From Ktedonobacteria bacterium (GTDB lineage Bacteria > Chloroflexota > Ktedonobacteria > Ktedonobacterales > JACDGC01), in the NCBI GenBank assembly GCA_027459785.1, contig DAIDGU010000057.1, positions 34,150 through 98,149 on the forward strand: DNA of 64,000 nt, written 5' to 3'. Of the stretch, positions 27,593 to 36,482 are shown piece after piece. Within the stretch, counting starts at the first letter, position 1; every line of letters begins with the position of its first letter. The translations under genes and the position numbers were made by a program. The notes under the pieces were generated by a model. The model saw only the letters and a list, made by a program, of their open reading frames with translations, did no database searches and was not told the origin of the DNA.

Positions 27593-29017
27593 ATGCAACG
27601 CTATCCGCTCGTCAGCACACCATTGCCGCCACAGGCCCCGCTGATCTTGCTCTTCGAGCGCAACGACGCCGTCGCGGTGCCGCTCATCCCGCAGTTACGC
27701 ATGGCGGGTTATGACGTGCGCGCCGCACGTATCCCCGTGGAAGTCTTCAGCCTGATGCAGCGCGAGAAGATCGATCTGGTGCTGATCGACCTGGGCAACG
27801 CCGCCGCCAACCGGCGCGAGTTCTGGGTAGGTCTGGATTCCCAGCGGCGCACGCGCACTGTGCATGTGCTGACCTTCCGTTACATGGCGACGGGCGAAAC
27901 AGGCGAGCTGGAAGCGGGCCTGCGCGTGGCGCGGGCGGATGTCGAGATTCAGAGCGCGCAAGGCTTCGGCGCACTGATCGATGCCATACGGGCGCGCGTG
28001 CCAGGGGCCGTGCCGGTGGCGCAGTTCAACGGGCCGCCGCCCGCCACGCCGGCGCTGCCTTTCTCTGGCGCGGGATCCTCCCCCCTCGCGCCACAACGCC
28101 CACCCACAGGGTCGCCCTTTGGCGGCGCTGCGTCAAATCCCCTCGCGCCGCAAGCGCCCGGCGCGCGCAACGGTCAGCCGGCTCGCCCTATGCCCCCCGT
28201 CGAAGATGAGTCTTCGCCCTTCGCCCAGCCCTATAGCAATAATCCTTTCAAAAGTGGGGGACGTGGAACGCCCACGCCGCCAGCCCTCCCGCCGCCAGGG
28301 GCAAAGCCGAGTGTCGCGCCCGCCAACAGCAACGGCAGTGCCGCATGGTCGCCCGCCACACCGCGCCCCGGCAATCGCGTCGGTCTGGGTGGTTCGCTGG
28401 AAGACTTCGCCAGAGGGTTTGCGCCCGCCGGTTCCCCCGCCGCCACCAATGGCCAGCAGCCCGCTGGCAGCGGCAAAACCGTCGATGCCGTCGCCAAACC
28501 CAAACCCGCTATCGACGATGCCTGGACGCCGCCGGATGCCGCACCACCGCGCCGTGGCATCGCTTATCGTGGCTACGAAGATGAGCCGCTGGCACCCGAC
28601 GATCCCCGCATCGAAGAAAATACGTCGGTGGTCCCCGCCGTCGTTTTCGATCAAGCGGAACGCCAGGGCGATGCCCGCACGGAACGGGCGCTGAGTACGA
28701 TCCTGATGGATAGCGCCGTCATGGCCCCCAAGCGCCTCGATGCCCTGCGCGCCGTCCAGCAGACGTTGGCCGCCGTGGGAATGGATTTTTCGCTGGGCGA
28801 CCTGGCCTTGCTCTTCAAGTTCTTGACGCCGGATCAGTTGCTGGCGGCCCTGCTGGTGAGTCGCGGCATCGTCACCGCCGAGGAGATCGCCTCCTTGGGG
28901 CGCATCAAGCAAGAGTTGCTCGCCACGGGCAAGGACTACGATCTGGAAACGCTGCTGGTGATGTTCAACGTGCTACCCCCCGATGAAGTCAAGGCGCTGA
29001 AAGCCGAACTCGGCTAG
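27593..29017 (+). CDS. hypothetical: receiver-like N-domain, long Pro/Ala/Gly-rich linker, C-terminal T2SSE_N (GspE/MshE N-terminal)-like repeats
   Basis: N-terminus: LILLFERND...DLVLIDLGN. The middle ~200 aa are low complexity. C-terminus: LGDLALLFKFLTPDQLLAALLVSRGIVTAEEIASLGRIKQEL. The track ORF starts at a GTG at 27548. Confidence 0.5.
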   Translation: MQRYPLVSTPLPPQAPLILLFERNDAVAVPLIPQLRMAGYDVRAARIPVEVFSLMQREKIDLVLIDLGNAAANRREFWVGLDSQRRTRTVHVLTFRYMATGETGELEAGLRVARADVEIQSAQGFGALIDAIRARVPGAVPVAQFNGPPPATPALPFSGAGSSPLAPQRPPTGSPFGGAASNPLAPQAPGARNGQPARPMPPVEDESSPFAQPYSNNPFKSGGRGTPTPPALPPPGAKPSVAPANSNGSAAWSPATPRPGNRVGLGGSLEDFARGFAPAGSPAATNGQQPAGSGKTVDAVAKPKPAIDDAWTPPDAAPPRRGIAYRGYEDEPLAPDDPRIEENTSVVPAVVFDQAERQGDARTERALSTILMDSAVMAPKRLDALRAVQQTLAAVGMDFSLGDLALLFKFLTPDQLLAALLVSRGIVTAEEIASLGRIKQELLATGKDYDLETLLVMFNVLPPDEVKALKAELG

Positions 29018-29065
29018 CTGCCTATTCTGATGATGGTGACATCCTTCGGCTCGCAGGGGCTATCC

Positions 29066-30175
29066 TCAGTCGATCCCCACAACCTCACGCGCCCCATTCT
29101 CCCAGACGCTGGTCTCCCAGTCGTCGTGGGACTCTGCTGCTGGCAACCAGGGCGGTAGATCGATGAGCAAGAGGTGGCCCAGCGCGGCGACATACGGCTC
29201 GTAGGAACTGCGCAATTCGGCCAGGCGCGCTTCTGCCGTGGCCTCGTCGTGGAAGCGCATACCCACATCGCGCAGTAGCGCGACCAGCGCCTGAAAATCG
29301 GCATGGGGCAGGCGATCCACAGGTTGGACAGGTTTGGTCAAGAAGATCTGGCTGAGATCGACCGAGGCGTGACGAGCGATGGCGAAAGTCAGCCGTGCCG
29401 CCTGCGGCGGCAGTTCGTTCAAGCCGATCATTACCAGGGCGCAGGTGTCCATGATCATCGTGATTGCCGCCAGCCAGGACTGATTCTCATGTTGCGAGCG
29501 AAAATAGGCCAGGAAGGGATAGGAGAGATGGCTTTCCAGCAATTCCGCCGCCCAGCGCTCCCAGTCGCGCAAAAATTGCGTCAGCCCCTCGCGGTCCTGC
29601 TCACAATGGCGACGCAACATCTCCACGGCGGAAGGCGGCGAACCGGCGCGGGCATCCAGCAGCGAGATATTCACTTCGCGGTGCGAGAAGGCTTGGTAGA
29701 GGACCGGCAGATAGCCGATCACCAGCGCCAGCAAGCCGAACCCCGTCGCCGCCTCGATGACGGTGAGGAAGCGCGCCAGCGGCGAGATCGGCGTCACGTC
29801 GCCCAACCCCAGCGTGAAAAACGTTGTCCCGCTCATATACAGTTCGGTGCCGAACGAAACCGGTCCCGTGGTGTTCGCTAAGCGTGAGCCGGCAGACCAC
29901 TGTAACATGGCATAGCCGATGAGCAGCAACATGGTCCACATCCCCAACAAGATGATCAGCGAGAGCGGACCGAATGGGCCAAGGATGCGTTCGCGCGTGC
30001 GCGCCTGATGCACCCGGCGGGCAATGAAGGTGACGGGGAACCACGTGACACGGTAGACTAGGCGCGTCAGACGCACGCGCCGCGAGACACGCCGTGGTAA
30101 CAAGACCGTCTCGAAGGCATCCCACAAGACGGCGAAGATAATGATCAATGCGGCGACGGCGACGAGGAAATGCAT
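29066..30175 (-). CDS. ion-channel family protein (K+ channel-like pore)
   Basis: Pore-like TTFFTLGLGDVTP followed by a transmembrane helix. Start taken at MHFLVAVAALII. Confidence 0.6.
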   Translation of the reverse strand: MHFLVAVAALIIIFAVLWDAFETVLLPRRVSRRVRLTRLVYRVTWFPVTFIARRVHQARTRERILGPFGPLSLIILLGMWTMLLLIGYAMLQWSAGSRLANTTGPVSFGTELYMSGTTFFTLGLGDVTPISPLARFLTVIEAATGFGLLALVIGYLPVLYQAFSHREVNISLLDARAGSPPSAVEMLRRHCEQDREGLTQFLRDWERWAAELLESHLSYPFLAYFRSQHENQSWLAAITMIMDTCALVMIGLNELPPQAARLTFAIARHASVDLSQIFLTKPVQPVDRLPHADFQALVALLRDVGMRFHDEATAEARLAELRSSYEPYVAALGHLLLIDLPPWLPAAESHDDWETSVWENGAREVVGID

Positions 30176-30309
30176 GACTACTCCAATTCTCTCTAGCAAA
30201 CACATCAGCATCTCAGCGATGTGCTATGATCAATTATAGAACACGGGAACATGTTCGCCTGGCGCATGATGCCGCCAACATATAACGCACCAAGCGCGAG
30301 AATAATGAC

Positions 30310-31407
30310 ATGAACCAACAGCTTGTTTTCAGCCGAGGACGCCTCGCGTTGGCCGTCGGTCTCATCGGCCTGATCATCCTGGGCGTGGCACTGATGGCGC
30401 ACAGCGGCAACGCAGCGAACGCGGGTGGGTGTGTCAGCAGCAGTGCCGCCGCGCCCGCGCAACCCCACGGCCCTTTCACCGAATTCACCGCGCCGCATCC
30501 CCAAAGCGATCTGATGTCGCCAGCGATTGATGCCCAGGGCAACATCTGGTTCGGCGAGATGGGTGGCAACCGGCTGGGCGAACTGAATCCCGCGACGCAG
30601 ACGATCACCGAGTGGACGCCACCGCAGGGCAAGAGTGGCATCATGGGCATCCAGGCCGACGCGCACGGCAACATCTGGTACGCCGAACTGAATGGTAATT
30701 ACATCGGGCGCTTCATTCCCGCGACCTGCCAGTTCAGCACCTATCCCCTGCCTGCTGCGGGATCACACCTGGCCGCGCCGAATGGCATTGCCATCGCGCC
30801 GGATGGGACGATCTGGGTGACGCAAGAAGGCAACGACCGCATCGGCGGACTCGATCCGGCGACCGGCAAGCTCAGCGAATACAGCGTCGGCGCAGGCAAT
30901 CTCAACCAGCCGGTGGTCCCCTATGGCATCGCCGCCGCGCCGGACGGCACCATCTGGTTCACCGAACTGGTCGGCAATCACATCGACCGGCTGAATCCCA
31001 AGACCGGCGCGATCCAGCGGCTACCCATCAACTCGTCCCAAGCGGAGGCAAACACCATCGCCATCGGGCCGGATGGCACCGTCTGGTTCACTGAGATGAC
31101 CAACGGGGTGCTGGGACGAATCGATCCGGCGACCAATGCGATCACGACCTATACCGTCCCTACAACGAACGGTCCCACTGCGCAGCTCTACGACGTGGCG
31201 GTGGATGCCCACGGGATCGTCTGGCTGACCAGCAGCGGCGCGAACGCGCTCTTCCGCTTTGATCCCACCACGCAGGGCTGGCAAGCGATCACGCTACCAC
31301 AAGCGCAGAGCGTCCCTTTCGGGCTGACCCTGGGCGCGCACGGTGCCGTGTGGTTCACCGAAGCCAACCCCGCCGCGAACCGGTTGGGCATGTATCAGAG
31401 CAGCTAG
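30310..31407 (+). CDS. Vgb (streptogramin lyase)-family beta-propeller, secreted
   Basis: Repeats of DGxIWFTE..GNxIGRLxPxTG (GNIWFGEMGGNRLGELNPAT, DGTIWFTELVGNHIDRLNPKTG). N-terminal signal/transmembrane segment. Confidence 0.7.
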   Translation: MNQQLVFSRGRLALAVGLIGLIILGVALMAHSGNAANAGGCVSSSAAAPAQPHGPFTEFTAPHPQSDLMSPAIDAQGNIWFGEMGGNRLGELNPATQTITEWTPPQGKSGIMGIQADAHGNIWYAELNGNYIGRFIPATCQFSTYPLPAAGSHLAAPNGIAIAPDGTIWVTQEGNDRIGGLDPATGKLSEYSVGAGNLNQPVVPYGIAAAPDGTIWFTELVGNHIDRLNPKTGAIQRLPINSSQAEANTIAIGPDGTVWFTEMTNGVLGRIDPATNAITTYTVPTTNGPTAQLYDVAVDAHGIVWLTSSGANALFRFDPTTQGWQAITLPQAQSVPFGLTLGAHGAVWFTEANPAANRLGMYQSS

Positions 31408-31410
31408 CAA

Positions 31411-31956
31411 CTATTTCCCCGTGGTTTCATGGGGTGCGGCAACCGGCGCGACATCGTGGTCGGCGAAGTAGAAGCGCCAGTGGCCGGTGCCAGCGATGAA
31501 GGGCTGCATCAGCGCGCGTTCTGCCTGCACGGTGTGCATCAGATCATGCGCGGCCCACTCGTGGAGGAGTTGGCTCAGCGTCACCAGCCCCAGTTCGCTG
31601 TGCCGCGCCGTGCGGGCCAGGTCGGCTGCCGTCACGCTGGCCAGCAGGGGCAGGTTCGCCGCGCGCCGTTGCGCGAATTCCGCTGCGAGCTTCGCGGGCG
31701 TCATCTGCGTATAATCCAACCCCTCGGCATCGGGATCGAACGCAGGGAAGTCCTGGCCGGCCAGCAATGCCCGCACCCGTACCGGCCAGACGAATTGCTC
31801 CACATCCGTCAGATGTCCCAAGCAGTCTACCGCTGACCATTCACCCGGCTGGGGCGTGCGGGTCAGCAAGTCGTCCGGCAGCGTCGCCGTCAGGTTTTGC
31901 CAGCGCGGCGCGGTCGTCGCCAGCACGGCCTGGATCTGTTCGAGTATCGGTGTCAC
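31411..31956 (-). CDS. DinB-superfamily protein
   Basis: LGHLTDVE...HEWAAHDLMHTVQ metal-binding His pattern. A GTG start at 31956 is preceded by AGGAGG. Confidence 0.7.
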   Translation of the reverse strand: MTPILEQIQAVLATTAPRWQNLTATLPDDLLTRTPQPGEWSAVDCLGHLTDVEQFVWPVRVRALLAGQDFPAFDPDAEGLDYTQMTPAKLAAEFAQRRAANLPLLASVTAADLARTARHSELGLVTLSQLLHEWAAHDLMHTVQAERALMQPFIAGTGHWRFYFADHDVAPVAAPHETTGK

Positions 31957-32011
31957 GTGAAAATTCCTCCTGAAGCACATCTTGCTTAATAGCCCTATTA
32001 TCTGTACCACA

Positions 32012-33970
32012 TCACGATACCAACATGATCGGCGAGCCGATCAACGCGGCGGAAACCGTCATCAGCGTCGTGGGCGGCGCATAGGTGCCGTTCCAGGCGA
32101 TCTGCCACTCGCCGCCGGCGTAATCGGGCGGCAGGGTGAGGGTGAGGCGCACCCACTTGCCGTGATAGAGATCGTCGCCGTTCAACGAGGTTTGGATCGC
32201 GGGCATGCCGCTGACCGTGGTCATGCGCGCCCAGGTGGGATATGTGACACTGCCGCCAGCGGCGGGCGGGACGATGCGCAGCGCCACCGCGCCGGCCCCT
32301 AGCCCTGGATTGAAGAGGCCGAGCGCGATTTGGCGGCCCGCGTAAGAGGCGGGGATGTTCGCCAGCGGATACATTTGGGATGAACCACCTTGCAGCATCA
32401 CCGTCGCCGCGTTCCAGGGCGTGATGGTCGCGCCGCCCGTCGCGCAGTCATCGGCGGTCGTCGTCGCATTGCGACAGACCTTGACGGCGTAGCCATGTAC
32501 GCCGTAACCTGCGCTGGTATCGACCGTCAGCCGATAATAAGCGGGGGCGTTCGCGGGGGCGGCGGGGACATTAGAGCCGACGCGCACCCACTGCATGTAA
32601 TCAGGCGGCAATGCAGACTGGCAACCAACCCCATAGGCGATAGGCTGCTGGTAGCTGCTGCCCGCGCCGCTCTGCACGTTCCACGTGCCAGCCGATGGGC
32701 AGCCATGCGCGGCGAGATCATTGGGTGCGGCATCCAATGATGGCAGCGTGGTGATCTGGGTCGGCGGCAACGGCGCGTTCGGCGTGGTATCTGGCGGCGT
32801 GGCGGCGGGCCACAGCGCGGCCAGCGGCACATCGGCGTTGCGCTGATAGAGCAGCGGCACACTGAATAGCGTATAGGCGAGTTGCGGATAGAACGCCGGA
32901 TTATCTGTCATGCCGGTCGAGTAGATATTTTCCGTGGTAAAGAGCTGATCGTTACGGTTCGTGCCAGTATAAACGAAGCGCGGATTCCACACCCACACCG
33001 AATAGCCGCTGCCACCCGCCGGAATGGTGATGAGATAGCTCGCTCCCGTCGGCACTGGTCCCGTGCGCGTCGCCAGGCCGCCAAAACCGCTGGGAATCTG
33101 GTCGGGATTGCCCGGCGTCCCCGGACTACAATTCGGGCCGCTGGCATACTGGGGCGCGTTCGTGCCAATGCTCAGTTGTGAGGTGGTGTAGATGTTGGTG
33201 GCGGCATCAGCATGCAGGGTATCCGCGCCATCGCTCCAGCCCGTCTCGCACTGCACGCTATAGGGATCGCCACGCTCCTTCAACTCATAGGGGCTAGCCA
33301 GCGCCGCGACCTGTTGCCCGATGTTTTCTGGTTTATCACCGAAAGCTCCAGTGCTATCGCCGAGCGCGACCGGCGGCAGGATCTCCGCCGTGGCCGTCGC
33401 CAGCGTCGTCGCGGGCGCAGGATCGATGAGCGCCACCAGTGACACCGGTACATTGATGTGGATGGTCACGGTCAGCGCCGGCACCGGATTCACCTGCGAT
33501 GTGACTGAGATCGCGCTGGCGTCACCGAAGCCGTTCTGCGCGGCGACCTGAAGCGCCTGGCTCGTCGCGTCGCTGCCATCCGGCGCGGGCGTGGCCACCG
33601 TGGGGTATTGTGGGAGATAGGCGACGCCGGCCAGCGCGGCGGCTTCCGCCGCTCGTTCCGCCTGGGCGAACGCGATATAGACGCGCAACCCATCGATCGA
33701 TAACCCGACGAGCATCAGCAGCGTCACCACGCTCAGCGCGAAAAGGACGAGCGCCTGGCCCTTGGCAGCACGGGGAGGCCGAGGATACCAACAGCCACAC
33801 CCTACAAGGCTACGAAACGCACGAAAGGAAACCGGAGACACTAGCCACAACGGGTCCAAGCTTTCGCCGCGCCACGAACACAAGCACGCGCGCCAGCGCG
33901 CCCATACATCGAGCAAGCCGAGTTTTTTGCTTTTGAGATGAAAAGGCGGTGATGATGACATTTGGTTCAT
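32012..33970 (-). CDS. TadG-like pilus assembly/minor pilin protein, large (about 650 aa)
   Basis: KGQALVLFALSVVTLLMLVGLSIDGLRVYIAFAQAERAAEAAALAG is a TadG/Tad_N-type N-terminus. Its ATG overlaps the tadE-like stop (ATGA). The 5' part of track ORF 32012..34504 overlaps the upstream gene and is rejected. Confidence 0.65.
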   Translation of the reverse strand: MNQMSSSPPFHLKSKKLGLLDVWARWRACLCSWRGESLDPLWLVSPVSFRAFRSLVGCGCWYPRPPRAAKGQALVLFALSVVTLLMLVGLSIDGLRVYIAFAQAERAAEAAALAGVAYLPQYPTVATPAPDGSDATSQALQVAAQNGFGDASAISVTSQVNPVPALTVTIHINVPVSLVALIDPAPATTLATATAEILPPVALGDSTGAFGDKPENIGQQVAALASPYELKERGDPYSVQCETGWSDGADTLHADAATNIYTTSQLSIGTNAPQYASGPNCSPGTPGNPDQIPSGFGGLATRTGPVPTGASYLITIPAGGSGYSVWVWNPRFVYTGTNRNDQLFTTENIYSTGMTDNPAFYPQLAYTLFSVPLLYQRNADVPLAALWPAATPPDTTPNAPLPPTQITTLPSLDAAPNDLAAHGCPSAGTWNVQSGAGSSYQQPIAYGVGCQSALPPDYMQWVRVGSNVPAAPANAPAYYRLTVDTSAGYGVHGYAVKVCRNATTTADDCATGGATITPWNAATVMLQGGSSQMYPLANIPASYAGRQIALGLFNPGLGAGAVALRIVPPAAGGSVTYPTWARMTTVSGMPAIQTSLNGDDLYHGKWVRLTLTLPPDYAGGEWQIAWNGTYAPPTTLMTVSAALIGSPIMLVS

Positions 33971-34539
33971 CCTGGGGTGAGCGGTACAACGACATGATCG
34001 ACCACAGAGAGTGAGCCAGTGGCGATCAGTGGCGTTTGCCAGGTGTAGGTGTAGTCGATTTCGACGCCAAGCATGGCAGGCGGCGTAAAAGCAGGGGTGC
34101 GCTGCGCCGGCGACCAATTCATGGCCTGGGCGGGTGGGGCGCTCACCAGGCTCACACAGCCCGGATCGCCGGCATACACATCTGCATAGGCGCTGCCGCC
34201 CAGGCCACCAAGTGGCAATCCATCGCTCCCCGGCTGGTAGATGCTGATGCGCGTGATCGTGAGGCCGGCATATGGGCCGAGGCCGGCAGCAATCGCCCCC
34301 AGCGCATCGCAATCCGCCACCGCCGCATTCCCTGCCGCCGCCGCGCTGAGCGCGCCCTGGCGCGCGGCATATGTCACCGCGAGGTGCGCGTTCAGCAGCG
34401 CTCCCATGTCCACCACCCCGGCGAGCATCACGAAAAGGATGGTCACGAAGAGGACGAACTCGACCAAGCTCTGCCCGCGCCTTTTTCCACTGGGTTTTAT
34501 ACACAAGCGTTCCACGTGGAACATGGTGCCGTGAAACAT
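33967..34539 (-). CDS. TadE-like protein
   Basis: RRGQSLVEFVLFVTILFVMLAGVVDMG is the TadE N-terminal motif. Palindrome copy 6 lies in its first codons. Confidence 0.7.
   Translation of the reverse strand: MFHGTMFHVERLCIKPSGKRRGQSLVEFVLFVTILFVMLAGVVDMGALLNAHLAVTYAARQGALSAAAAGNAAVADCDALGAIAAGLGPYAGLTITRISIYQPGSDGLPLGGLGGSAYADVYAGDPGCVSLVSAPPAQAMNWSPAQRTPAFTPPAMLGVEIDYTYTWQTPLIATGSLSVVDHVVVPLTPG
34509..34522. repeat. palindrome copy 6 (GTTCCACGTGGAAC)
   Basis: Exact 14-mer. It is read as M-F-H-V-E-R at the 5' end of the tadE-like ORF. Confidence 0.95.
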
Positions 34540-34541
34540 CC

Positions 34542-35108
34542 TCAGCCTCCCTCCGGCGCGAGCGGCATTATCGCCGTCGCATTCAGCGTCAGCGTCGCGC
34601 CCGTCGCCCCGATGAACGAGGTCAGCCAGGTATACCGATACGTGATGCGCACGCCCAGGTAGACCGGCGCGGCGACCGTGCTGACACGGCTGGCGACGGG
34701 CCAGGACGGCGACGTGAGAGCGTTGCCCGCCCCATCATAGACATCCTCCGCGCCACCGGTTGGCCCAGCGCCCGTGGCATCGGATTGATAGATAATGATC
34801 TGCGTGATCTGCGCGACGAAAAGCGGCTGCACGATGCGCCGAATCAGCGCCTCCGTCTGCGCATCCGCATTGCCCAGCCGCGTCGCATCCAGCGCCGCCG
34901 TGCGCGCGCCCTGATGAGCGGCAGTGTCATAGAGCGCCGTCGCGCTATAGATCAGTGCTAATTCGATCAACCCGAAAAGCAGTGCCAGAAACAACGGCAG
35001 CACCAGCGCGAACTCGACGAGCGCCTGGCCGTGTCGGGCGGGGATACGTCCCACATGGCGCTGGGACGGCGGGGGCGAGGTGAAGTGCGGGGACGGCGGG
35101 CGCGGCAT
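34542..35108 (-). CDS. TadE-like protein (start uncertain; the ORF is open up to 35468)
   Basis: HGQALVEFALVLPLFLALLFGLIELAL is the TadE motif. The upstream 120 codons are encoded by REP and tandem-repeat DNA. Confidence 0.6.
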   Translation of the reverse strand: MPRPPSPHFTSPPPSQRHVGRIPARHGQALVEFALVLPLFLALLFGLIELALIYSATALYDTAAHQGARTAALDATRLGNADAQTEALIRRIVQPLFVAQITQIIIYQSDATGAGPTGGAEDVYDGAGNALTSPSWPVASRVSTVAAPVYLGVRITYRYTWLTSFIGATGATLTLNATAIMPLAPEGG

Positions 35109-35137
35109 CGGCGGGCGGTTGGCGGTGTGACGGGGAC

Positions 35138-35262
35138 GCGGGCGGTTGAAACCGCGCCGTTGGGGCCATCCGGCCACGAAACCTGCCTGCGCAGGTTCAC
35201 GCCAGTCCGCGAAGGCGGACTTCGTCGCCGCCAGGCGCTTAGGCGCGGTTTCAACCGCCCGC
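35138..35262. repeat. REPIN-like doublet: two REP units in inverted orientation
   Basis: GCGGGCGGTTGAAACCGCGCC...CACGAA-ACCTGC/CTGC/GCAGGT hairpin (35180..35197), then AGTCCGC/GAAG/GCGGACT (35204..35221) ...GGCGCGGTTTCAACCGCCCGC. Confidence 0.75.
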
Positions 35263-35324
35263 GTCCTCGTATCGGCAACCGCCCGCGTCCTCGTATCGGC
35301 AACCGCCCGCGTCCCCGTATCGGC
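35253..35324. repeat. 24-bp tandem repeat x3 (AACCGCCCGCGTCCTCGTATCGGC)
   Basis: Three consecutive units; the third has 1 mismatch. A degenerate CCGCCGCAACCTCCCG x2 follows. Confidence 0.85.
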
Positions 35325-35464
35325 AACCGCCCGCCGCAACCTCCCGCCGCCCGCCGCAACCTCCCGCGTCCCCCGCGCTCCGGCCATTGCCCGCATCCCC
35401 GGTACTCCCACTATTGCCCGCGTCTCCGGTGCTCCTTCCCGTACTACATATCTGCTTGTTATCC

Positions 35465-36394
35465 TCATAGCCGCATCCCCGGTGCGACCGAGTGGATGAT
35501 CTGGGGGATTGATGGCCCCAGTAGCACGATGAAAAGCGGCGGAAAAACGAGGATGACGAGGGGGAACATCATCTTGATCGGCGCTTCGCGGGCGAGGGTT
35601 TCGGCGCGCTGGCGGCGACGCACGCGCATATCAGCGGATTGTTCGTGCAGCACCTGTTCCAGCGGAGCGCCGAGCTGACGACTCTGGTTGATGGTGGCGA
35701 CGAGCGTGTGGATCTCATCCAGCCCCACGCGGTCGGCGAAGTGTTGCAGCGCGTCGCCCAGGTGGACGCCAGCGCGCAATTCCAGCAGCGTGCGCCCCAG
35801 TTCGGCGCGCATCACTGGCGGCGCATGCTCCGTCACGCGCGCCAAGGCGCGCTCCAACGCCATCACCCCTGTGCAAAGCGTCAGCATATCCAGCAGGTCA
35901 GGCAGGGCCGCACGAATGTCGCCCTGGCGTGTCTTGGCTTTGCCGTTCACCCACATCACCGGCAGCATATACGCCGCCGCCGCCGCGCCCACCCCACCCA
36001 ACACCACCTGCACCATACCGCCGCTGGCCACGAGCGCCAACGCGGCGAAACACAGACCAAAACCCACGCCCGCGAAAAAGCGCAACGCCATGAAGGTCGA
36101 GGCGTCTAAATTGCCGCCGAGGTCGGCCCGATTGATCACCCGCTGCATCTTATCCAGCGAGTTGCCGGGTGCCAACCGCCCGATACTTTTGCCCAGGTTA
36201 CTCAACATCGGGCGCACCAGACGTTCAAGCAAGGGACGACGCAATTCATCATCCACCATAACGATCCGCTGGCGCAAAAGGCGATCCAGCCGCTGCTGCA
36301 CGGCGTCGCCGCGCGCCCGCCGTCCCACGCCCACGACTAGCACGATCACGCTGATCCCCGCACAACACGCCGCTACTAGCGAATAGGCTATCAT
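35465..36394 (-). CDS. tadC: Flp pilus assembly protein TadC (T2SS F-family)
   Basis: ALPDLLDMLTLCTGVMALERAL...INQSRQLGAPLEQVL...AREAPIKMMFPLV, a typical TadC pattern. Confidence 0.8.
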   Translation of the reverse strand: MIAYSLVAACCAGISVIVLVVGVGRRARGDAVQQRLDRLLRQRIVMVDDELRRPLLERLVRPMLSNLGKSIGRLAPGNSLDKMQRVINRADLGGNLDASTFMALRFFAGVGFGLCFAALALVASGGMVQVVLGGVGAAAAAYMLPVMWVNGKAKTRQGDIRAALPDLLDMLTLCTGVMALERALARVTEHAPPVMRAELGRTLLELRAGVHLGDALQHFADRVGLDEIHTLVATINQSRQLGAPLEQVLHEQSADMRVRRRQRAETLAREAPIKMMFPLVILVFPPLFIVLLGPSIPQIIHSVAPGMRL

Positions 36395-36482
36395 AAACGA
36401 ATCCTTCCGTTCCCCGTGAAACAGGCGAGTGCCTCAAGAAACATCACACCTGCTATTTCCAATTCAGACCCTTCCCTGCACG

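Noticed and set aside
33971-34504. N-terminal 178 codons of the 830-aa track ORF 32012..34504.
   Set aside because: This part overlaps the tadE-like gene (33967..34539) in another frame and is Arg/Cys/Gly-rich. The TadG-type motif starts later, and an ATG at 33970 forms an ATGA overlap with the upstream stop.
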